Positions 56,950-64,000 of a DNA stretch of 64,000 bases are shown in pieces; position 1 is the first letter of the stretch, and each line of letters starts with the position of its first letter. The DNA is taken from assembly GCA_944381615.1 (NCBI GenBank), contig CALWLT010000039.1, positions 34,278 through 98,277 of the forward strand. The letters run 5' to 3'. This DNA is from an uncultured Lachnospiraceae bacterium. Its GTDB lineage: Bacteria > Bacillota > Clostridia > Lachnospirales > Lachnospiraceae. The notes under the pieces were generated by a model, which did no database searches, had not been told where the DNA came from, and worked only from the letters and a program-made list of their open reading frames with translations. The translations under genes were made by a program, and so were the position numbers.

Positions 56950-57013
56950 TCCTGCCTCACTCCTCTTACAAATCCGGGGATCCGATCGTTTCTCCTGCCG
57001 GATTACCCTGTCT

Positions 57014-60000
57014 CTAATCCACATCCTCTATCATAACCTTCGGCCTGCGGCTTAACAGCGCATAATAGACCGGAACCATGAAAAGGGCTACCGCCACGCC
57101 GACGGACAGACCGCCGATATCCACGATCGCGAGACCCTGCGTGGTCGCCCCGCTGTCTCCCAGGGCCAGCGCCATGGGAATCATGGAGAGGATCGTCGTC
57201 AGGCTCGTCATCAGGATCGGGCGGATTCGCGTCGCCCCCGCCTCGATCAGCGCCGTGCGCAGATCCATCGTCTCCCGGTACTGATTGGCCGTATCGACGA
57301 ACAGAATTCCGTTGTTGACGACCGTTCCCACCAGGATCAGGAATCCGAGCAGCGACGTCATGCTGATGGTAACGCCGGTCAGCTTCAGCAGGCCGAAGGA
57401 ACCGATCAGACTGAAGGGGATCGTCGTCATGACCATGATGGAAAACTTGACCGACTCAAACTGCGCCGCCATGACAACAAATACCAGGAATACGGCGATG
57501 GCAATCGCCCGGTAAATCGCCCCGAACTCCTCCGCCATCATCTGATCCCGGGTATTCTGCGCGATGGAGATCGTTCCCGTCAGGTTGGGCAGGATGACCT
57601 CGCTGTCAACCGCCGCCTTCGCATTGTCCCCGGTATAATCCGCCCGGATGGTTACCTCATAGGATCCGTCCGTCCGCGTAATGGAGGACGGGCTGTCTTC
57701 AAATACAACGTCCGCCACCTCGGCCAGCTCCACGGTCTGTCCGTTGGAAGCCGTCAGCAGGATGCCCTCGATATCGCTGATGGTCTCGTATTCTCCTTCC
57801 GGATACTCCACCTTCACGGAAATATCTTCGCCGTCCACCGTCAGCTCCGTGGCTTCCACACCGCTCAGCACCTGGTTGACCGTGGTGCCGATACTGGAGG
57901 CGGTCAGCCCGTAGGCCTTGGCCAGCACCGGATCGATCTGAAGCGTCACAATGGGCGCGCTGTTTTCAATGCTGGAATGCACGTTGATCACGTCGTCGCG
58001 GGCCGTCATTTCCTTCACAATCGTACTGCAGACCTCCTGCAGCTCATCGTAGTCCGCCCCGTGCAGGATGACTTCATAGCCCCGGGTCCGTCCCATCATG
58101 CTCATGGACGTCGAAGCTTCCACATCAATCGTGCAGTTTTCGATCTCGTCCATCGGCGGCTGCCAGAGATCGGCCACCTCCTGGGTTTCCATCGTCCGGT
58201 CGTCCTTCAGGTAAGCGCTGATCGAGCCGCTGTCCCCGTTAAAGCGCAGCATGTAGGTGTCGACCTGATCGCTGGAGGCAACGATAGACTCCGCCTGCGC
58301 CAGCGCTTCTTCCACGCGCTCCTGCTTCAGGCCCGGCCGCGTCTCGATGCTGATGCTGACCGTTCCGGTATCGTCCGCCGTCATCAGCTCCGTCTCCATG
58401 CCGCTGGCCAGCACGACCGTCGCGATCAGAAGGCCGACGGAAACCAGCATGACCAGTCCCTTGCGGTCCAGCAGGCGATCCATGATAACCCGGTAGGCAT
58501 TCTGCATCCGCTCGACCGGCCGCCCCATCAGCGCCGTCTTAACCTCCGACGGCTTATAGAACAGATAGCAGAGCGGCACGACCGTCATAGCGGCGATCAG
58601 GGACGCCAGCATACAGAATACAACCGTAAAACCGAGCGGCTTAAACAGCTGCCCCGTCATGCCCTCCAGAAACGCCAGCGGGATAAAGACGACGCAGGTG
58701 GTAATCGTTCCGCCCATAATGGAATTGATGACCACGCCGGTTCCCTTTAACGCGGCGGAAAAATAGCCGAGCGCCCCCTTATCCTCCTGCGTATCCATCG
58801 CCCTGAAACAGCTTTCCAGCACGACGATCGAGTTGTCGACCATCATGCCGACGCCGAGCACCAGCGCGCTCAGCGTGATGACGTTCAGCGAAAATCCCGC
58901 CATCGTCAGCGCAATCAGCGCCAGCAGGATGGAGGTCGGGATCGAGCTGCCGACAATCAGCGATGCCTTGAGGTCGCCGAAAAAGATAAAGAGGATGGCC
59001 ATGGAAATGCCGACCGCCAGCACAATCGTCTCCGCCACGTCAGACAGAGAGCTCAGGATGGAATCCGAGGTATCATTGGCCACCTCGATCATCAGATCCG
59101 GATCGTCCGCCAGCAGCTGTTCGATTACCTCGTTGACCGCTGATGACACCTCCATGTCCGTGCTGTCCTGCTGCTTCTGGATCGACACGGAGATCGTCTC
59201 CTGCCCGTTGTAGCGGGAAATACCGCCCCGCTCTTCCTCCGTCTCATAGATATTGGCCACATCCTGCAGGGAGATGATCTTTCCCGATGAGGTCTCAATG
59301 GGAATGTCTTTCAGTTCGTCGACTTCCTTTGTCTCCAGCGAAGCCGTGACGGAAAGCTCCAGATTTCCCACATCCACCTCGCCGGAGGGCGAAGAAAGGT
59401 TGGCCGAACTGATAGCGGAGACCACGTCGTTCATGCTCAGATGATACTGGGAAAGTTTCTCCGACTGCAATTCGATGCGGACGTATTCGGAATTGCCGCC
59501 CATCGTCTCGATGTTGGCGATGGAGGTAATCCGCTCCAGCTCCGGCTCGATTTCCTGTTCCACGTAATCATAGAGGTTTTCCCGAGTATTATGCCCGATG
59601 GAAAGCATCATGCTGGTCCCGGCATTGGAACTCATGGCCAGCACCGAGGTCTCCGCATCCTCCGGGAGCTGGCGCTCGATCCGGTCCAGATTCTGCTTCA
59701 GCTCATCGTAGGCTTCGTCCGTGTCCGTCCCGTACTCGTACTCCAGCATAACCATGGCCGAGCCGTCACCGGAAGAAGAGCTGACTCCGTCCACTCCCTC
59801 CAGCGTATTGACCGCATCCTCGATCGGCTCCGTGACCAGCTCGCTGATATCCTCCGGACCGGCGCCCGGATAAGAAGCCATGATAATCATCATCGGCATC
59901 TCCATCTCCGGAATCAGCTCCAGCTTTGCCGAAAACACCGAAGACATGCCGAATACAATCAGGCTCAGAAGCGCCATGACGGTCGTGACGGGATGCTTCA

Positions 60001-60028
60001 GGACGTATTTTGTCATTCCAATTCCCAT
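57014..60028 (-). CDS. RND efflux transporter permease (AcrB/SwrC-like)
   Basis: 1004 aa; two large extracytoplasmic loops; GMMVDNSIVVLE, GTVVNNGIL.VD, RIRPILMTSLTTIL.M.P.AL. Confidence 0.96.
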   Translation of the reverse strand: MGIGMTKYVLKHPVTTVMALLSLIVFGMSSVFSAKLELIPEMEMPMMIIMASYPGAGPEDISELVTEPIEDAVNTLEGVDGVSSSSGDGSAMVMLEYEYGTDTDEAYDELKQNLDRIERQLPEDAETSVLAMSSNAGTSMMLSIGHNTRENLYDYVEQEIEPELERITSIANIETMGGNSEYVRIELQSEKLSQYHLSMNDVVSAISSANLSSPSGEVDVGNLELSVTASLETKEVDELKDIPIETSSGKIISLQDVANIYETEEERGGISRYNGQETISVSIQKQQDSTDMEVSSAVNEVIEQLLADDPDLMIEVANDTSDSILSSLSDVAETIVLAVGISMAILFIFFGDLKASLIVGSSIPTSILLALIALTMAGFSLNVITLSALVLGVGMMVDNSIVVLESCFRAMDTQEDKGALGYFSAALKGTGVVINSIMGGTITTCVVFIPLAFLEGMTGQLFKPLGFTVVFCMLASLIAAMTVVPLCYLFYKPSEVKTALMGRPVERMQNAYRVIMDRLLDRKGLVMLVSVGLLIATVVLASGMETELMTADDTGTVSISIETRPGLKQERVEEALAQAESIVASSDQVDTYMLRFNGDSGSISAYLKDDRTMETQEVADLWQPPMDEIENCTIDVEASTSMSMMGRTRGYEVILHGADYDELQEVCSTIVKEMTARDDVINVHSSIENSAPIVTLQIDPVLAKAYGLTASSIGTTVNQVLSGVEATELTVDGEDISVKVEYPEGEYETISDIEGILLTASNGQTVELAEVADVVFEDSPSSITRTDGSYEVTIRADYTGDNAKAAVDSEVILPNLTGTISIAQNTRDQMMAEEFGAIYRAIAIAVFLVFVVMAAQFESVKFSIMVMTTIPFSLIGSFGLLKLTGVTISMTSLLGFLILVGTVVNNGILFVDTANQYRETMDLRTALIEAGATRIRPILMTSLTTILSMIPMALALGDSGATTQGLAIVDIGGLSVGVAVALFMVPVYYALLSRRPKVMIEDVD

Positions 60029-60046
60029 AGTCTGCTTCCTCCCGCC

Positions 60047-61330
60047 TTATTCTGCCTGCGCTTCACTTTCCGGTGTGCCTGTCATGCCGCCCTCCGGCAC
60101 ATTGCCGCCTTCCGGCACGTTTGCGTCCTCCGGCACATTGCCGCCCTCCGACGCGTTTGCGTTCTCCGGCGCATCGCCGCCCTCTTCCGTGCCCGGCGCG
60201 CCGCCGTTTTGCTCAGAGCCGTCTCCCCGCAGATTCACGGTAGATCCCTCGTAAAGCTGCGAGCTCCAGGTGCTGATGACCAGCTCGTCGCCGGAAAGGC
60301 CCGAGAGGATCTGGGCCCGTTCATTGTCGTAAAGGCCAACCTCGACCTCCACCTTATGTACCGTCCCGTCTTCATAGAGATAGACATTGCCCACGCCGCC
60401 GTCATAATAAATGGCGTCCACCGGCACCGTCATGACATTCTCCGCCCGATCGGAAATGACCGTAATCTTGACGGTCGTCCCGGTCGCCAGCGCGCCCGCC
60501 TGCGGAAGCGACGCCCGGATCTTGAAGAGGCCGCTGCCCTCCTCCGCCATGGTGCTCACGTCCGTGATGGTTCCCTCATAGGCCTTTCCATTCTTCTCAA
60601 TCGTAACCGTATCGCCCTGATTTAAGTTGGTTACGATGCGCTCCGTCACATAGAAGGCGACCCGCTTCTCGCCCTCGCCGGAGATCACGCAGAGCTGATC
60701 CTGCTGATTGACCCGATCGTACACGTCCAGATCCAGGCTCTCGATCTTTCCGGAGATCGGGGCCGTAATCTGGCTGTATTCGACCTGACGTTCATAATTG
60801 AGCTTTGCCGAGCTGTAATTTAACTGCGCCGTCTTCGCCGCGTTCTGATACTGCTCCCACTCCTGCTGGGAGATGTCGCCGCTCTGGTAGAGAAGCTGCA
60901 TGCGGTTTACATTGCTCTGTGCCTCCGAGAGGCTGACCGCCGCCGCGTCCATGGAATTTTTGGCGCTCTCCACCTGCTCCGTGTCGATGGTCATCAGAAG
61001 CTGTCCCGCTTCCACCATATCGCCGACGCCCGCCTGGATGGATGTCACATCGCCGGAAGCCTTCGCATAGACGTACACGACGTCCGAGGCCTCCACCGTG
61101 CCGGACGTGCTGCTGCTCTCCTCGATGGTGCCCGGCTGCGGCTGTTCGGCGCTGACCGTGACCACATTGTTGGCCGGCGCGCCCGCCATCATGGCCGGCG
61201 GCTCCTTTTTTCCTCCCATCCGTGTCCCGACAAGGACCAGAAGCGCCAGCACGGCGACGGCGATGACGGCGGTCCTTTTTTTATGGCTCCCGGCTGCGTC
61301 CAGAAGCGATGAAAACCTCTTCCCTCTCAT
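60047..61330 (-). CDS. RND efflux periplasmic adaptor (MFP) subunit
   Basis: TM anchor; G.V....V..GD.V.AGQ.L lipoyl motif, helical hairpin, ITAPISG, VP.DAI; repetitive acidic EGGNVP tail. Confidence 0.93.
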   Translation of the reverse strand: MRGKRFSSLLDAAGSHKKRTAVIAVAVLALLVLVGTRMGGKKEPPAMMAGAPANNVVTVSAEQPQPGTIEESSSTSGTVEASDVVYVYAKASGDVTSIQAGVGDMVEAGQLLMTIDTEQVESAKNSMDAAAVSLSEAQSNVNRMQLLYQSGDISQQEWEQYQNAAKTAQLNYSSAKLNYERQVEYSQITAPISGKIESLDLDVYDRVNQQDQLCVISGEGEKRVAFYVTERIVTNLNQGDTVTIEKNGKAYEGTITDVSTMAEEGSGLFKIRASLPQAGALATGTTVKITVISDRAENVMTVPVDAIYYDGGVGNVYLYEDGTVHKVEVEVGLYDNERAQILSGLSGDELVISTWSSQLYEGSTVNLRGDGSEQNGGAPGTEEGGDAPENANASEGGNVPEDANVPEGGNVPEGGMTGTPESEAQAE

Positions 61331-61378
61331 AAGCTGCAAGTTCCTCCTTAGCGGTTCTTCTTTTCCATTTTCCTGCCT

Positions 61379-61439
61379 ACTATACCACGGTTTTTTTAAG
61401 GCAGTTTCAACCAAATATAAACTGAATGTAAACTAAACA
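61379..61439 (-). promoter_or_regulatory. Efflux-operon promoter with three direct repeats at 11-bp period
   Basis: TGgTATAGT -10 with a poor -35; upstream GTTTAGTTT-ac-ATTCAGTTT-at-ATTTGGTTG. Confidence 0.65.
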
Positions 61440-61575
61440 TGAAAAATCTGTGTTGTTCTTCCTGCTTCGTCTTCCTGTTTCCCTTCTTTTCAATTCCGGC
61501 CGCCTGGTTTATAATCAGTTTAAATTGCTGTGCTATGATGCACCCATCAGACAAAAGCAAACCGGAGGTATCGCA

Positions 61576-62253
61576 ATGTTCCATGTTCTTGTGGTGGAAG
61601 ACGACGCCAAGCTGCGTTCCCTTTTCTGCACCGTCCTTGCCAACAGCGGATATCTGGCGCTGCCGGCGCCGGACGGGGAGCAGGCCCTCTCGATCCTGGA
61701 TTCCGAATACGTGGATCTGATCATTTCCGATATCATGATGCCGGGCATGGACGGCTATGAGCTGATTGACCGGCTGCGCGACAGCGGTTTTACCATGCCG
61801 ATCCTCATCATTACCGCCAAAGAGGCGTTCGAGGACAAGCAGCGCGGCTTCCTGGCCGGCGCCGACGATTACATGGTCAAGCCCATCGACGTCAACGAGA
61901 TGATCCTGCGGGTCGGCGCCCTCTTAAAACGGGCCCGCATCGCCACGGAAAAGCGGATCGTCTGCGGGAACACGACGCTCAACTACGACGCGCTGACCGT
62001 GACGGTCGAGGGGCAGGAGACGCTGCTCCCGCAGAAAGAGTTCTACCTGCTCTACAAGCTTTTATCCTACCCCAACAAGATCTTTACCCGCCAGCAGCTG
62101 ATGGACGAGATCTGGGGCATGGACTCCACCACCGACGAGCGGACGGTCGACGTGCACGTCAACCGGCTGCGGGAGCGGTTCAAAACCTGCGACGATTTCC
62201 TGATTCAGACAGTCCGCGGACTGGGCTATAAGGCGGTGAAACACGAAACATGA
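61576..62253 (+). CDS. OmpR-family response regulator (HssR-like)
   Basis: LVVEDD, SDIMMP.MDG, GADDYMVKP, LPQKEFYLL, IFTRQQLMDEIWG, DERTVDVHV.RLR, TVRGLGYK. Confidence 0.96.
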   Translation: MFHVLVVEDDAKLRSLFCTVLANSGYLALPAPDGEQALSILDSEYVDLIISDIMMPGMDGYELIDRLRDSGFTMPILIITAKEAFEDKQRGFLAGADDYMVKPIDVNEMILRVGALLKRARIATEKRIVCGNTTLNYDALTVTVEGQETLLPQKEFYLLYKLLSYPNKIFTRQQLMDEIWGMDSTTDERTVDVHVNRLRERFKTCDDFLIQTVRGLGYKAVKHET

Positions 62254-63308
62254 AACGGTATTTTCAGATTCCCTTTTACTGGCTCTGCCTCCTGCTTCTG
62301 TTCTTTTTTGTGCTCTCCCTCATGCCGTTTATGGCCGGCAGCCTGGTAGGGCTTCTGACCGACGCGGAAAACGGGCGGGATACGCTGTTTCGCCTCGGCC
62401 CCTTTTTCCCGAGCCTCATCTATTTCCTGAGCAGCTTCGCCCTGAGCGCCGTCATCTCGCTCGCGCTCTGGATTACCATCCTTCTTCCTCTGAAAAACAT
62501 CAGCCGGGCGGCCCGGCGCGTGGCGGGCGGCGACTTTGACGAGCGCGTCCCCGTGCCGCGCTCCCTGTTGGAGATCCGGGAGCTGACCGCCAATTTCAAC
62601 CGCATGGTGCAGGAGCTGGGCAGCATTGAGTCGCTGCGCAGCGATTTCGTGACCACCATCTCCCATGAATTCAAGACGCCGCTTGCCTCCATCGAGGGCT
62701 ACGCGACGCTTCTCCAGGATCCCGCGCTCTCCCCGGCGGACCGCGCCGAATACACGCGCATCATCATCGACAGCTCGCGCCAGCTCTCCGCCATGGCCGG
62801 CAACATTCTCCTTCTCTCCCGCCTGGAAAAGCAGGAGATCGTGACCAATCAGAAGTATTTCCGCCTCGACGAGCAGATCCGCCAGACCATTCTCCTTCTG
62901 GAGCCGCTGTGGGAGAAAAAGAGCCTGGAGCTGGACATCTTACTCCCGGCCGCCCGCTACTACGGAAATGAGGAGATGCTGTTTCACGTCTGGACCAACC
63001 TGCTGCAGAACGCCATCAAATTTACGCCGGCCGGCGGCATGCTCTCCGTCTCCCTGACCGTATCGCCCCGCGAGATCTGCGTCTGCGTCGCCGACACCGG
63101 GATCGGGATGGACGAGGAGACCAGAAAACGCCTCTTTGAGAAATTTTTCAGCAAAAGCGCGCCCGGCGCCGACAAGGGAAACGGCCTGGGCCTTGCCATT
63201 ACGCGGCGCATCATCGATCTCATGCACGGAAGCATCGAGGTCGAGAGCCGTCCCGACGAGGGGAGCCGCTTCTACGTCCATCTGCCCGTGCTCGATCCGG
63301 CGCGGTAG
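62250..63308 (+). CDS. Sensor histidine kinase with HAMP domain (HssS-like, short extracellular loop)
   Basis: Two TMs, HAMP, ISHEFKTPL, NLLQNAIKF, DTGIGM, G.GLGLAI; overlaps the response regulator stop. Confidence 0.96.
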   Translation: MKRYFQIPFYWLCLLLLFFFVLSLMPFMAGSLVGLLTDAENGRDTLFRLGPFFPSLIYFLSSFALSAVISLALWITILLPLKNISRAARRVAGGDFDERVPVPRSLLEIRELTANFNRMVQELGSIESLRSDFVTTISHEFKTPLASIEGYATLLQDPALSPADRAEYTRIIIDSSRQLSAMAGNILLLSRLEKQEIVTNQKYFRLDEQIRQTILLLEPLWEKKSLELDILLPAARYYGNEEMLFHVWTNLLQNAIKFTPAGGMLSVSLTVSPREICVCVADTGIGMDEETRKRLFEKFFSKSAPGADKGNGLGLAITRRIIDLMHGSIEVESRPDEGSRFYVHLPVLDPAR

Positions 63309-63354
63309 CCGCGCCGGAAGTCCTTTTCGGGGTTTGCCGTCCACACACAGCTCT

Positions 63355-63978
63355 TCATTCCCCGAAAGATCCGGGAGCGCCTTCGCCAAATGAGATCAGA
63401 AATACCGGATTCTCCGCCCGCAGGAGGCGGGCCGCCCCTATCTCCTGCTCGCGGGAAACCTGCACGAGAACGATCTGCGCTTCTTTCGCGCGCCCGCACC
63501 GCGCAAGCCAACCCCGGACCGCTTCCAGCGTCTGAAGCGTAACCGCGCTGACCACGATCCGCATCCGGGGATTCTGCTCCGTGAGCGCGGTCAGAATCTC
63601 TGCCATCCGGCCGCCTGATCCGCCGACAAACGCGTGCGTCGGCGCCGCGCCCGCCTCCATTTCCCGCCGGTCTTTTGAAGGTTCTTCCCCGGCAAAGCAG
63701 TCCGGCGCCGTTCCCTCCACGATGCGAAACCGCCCGTCTGAAAGCCCCGCCTTTTCGCAGTTTGCCCGAATCAGCGCCAGCGCCTCCGGCCTTTTTTCAA
63801 AAGCGGTAACCCGCAGCTGCGGGTACAGGACCGCCGCCTCCACGCCGACGGATCCGGTACCGGCCCCCACGTCCCAGAGCACGCTTTCCGGCTTAAGCTC
63901 CAGCCAGGAAATGGCGCAAGATCGCACCTCGCGCTTGGTCATGGGGACTGTCCCCCGGATAAACCATTCATCCTTCAT
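63355..63978 (-). CDS. cbiT: Precorrin-6B C15-methyltransferase (decarboxylating), standalone CbiT
   Basis: F.RG.VPMTK.EVR, WDVGAGTGSV.VE, FVGGSGG, A.NPVFLIS. Confidence 0.93.
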   Translation of the reverse strand: MKDEWFIRGTVPMTKREVRSCAISWLELKPESVLWDVGAGTGSVGVEAAVLYPQLRVTAFEKRPEALALIRANCEKAGLSDGRFRIVEGTAPDCFAGEEPSKDRREMEAGAAPTHAFVGGSGGRMAEILTALTEQNPRMRIVVSAVTLQTLEAVRGWLARCGRAKEAQIVLVQVSREQEIGAARLLRAENPVFLISFGEGAPGSFGE

Positions 63979-64000
63979 GCCCTGCCTCCTTTTTTGCAAA

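Noticed and set aside
53837-63308. Mobile element or genomic island explanation for the efflux module
   Set aside because: No integrase, transposase, terminal repeats or evident compositional shift, so mobility cannot be supported from the sequence.
63311-63375. Long imperfect stem CTTTTCGGGG...CCCCGAAAG between the kinase and cbiT
   Set aside because: Large unstructured loop and no U-tract; at most a weak bidirectional terminator, with nothing pointing to a distinct RNA.

Overview
This window is GC-rich chromosomal DNA from a Firmicute. Gene content and codon style suggest Clostridia, most likely Lachnospiraceae-like; this taxonomy is inferred. Most genes lie on the minus strand. In window order it contains: (1) a translation/secretion cluster (rnhB, ylqF, lepB, rplS, trmD, rimM, khpA, rpsP, ffh, ylxM); (2) a MATE transporter, an orphan gene and an M24 peptidase; (3) a Met T-box-controlled metNIQ operon ending in an M20 amidohydrolase; (4) rarA and rubrerythrin; (5) a nitrogen block of non-discriminating aspS-gatCAB, glmS, type III glnA and codY, with two ANTAR-like attenuators; (6) topA, dprA and comM; (7) an RpiA-fold hypothetical gene and PFOR with a Rex box; (8) a VanW protein and a PHP protein; (9) a four-domain SirC-HemC-CobA-HemD fusion; (10) a Rex-boxed HPr-like protein, an AI-2E transporter, AlaX and a SigK-type Cys-rich small protein; (11) a late cobalamin operon that has a metallo-beta-lactamase gene but no cobC; (12) an HssRS-like two-component system with an RND pump, two TolC-like genes and a cysteine hydrolase, all lying between cobT and cbiT. 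No tRNA, rRNA, CRISPR array or transposase was seen. Start codons were refined by eye from RBS and homology. All family calls come from motif recognition, not database searches.
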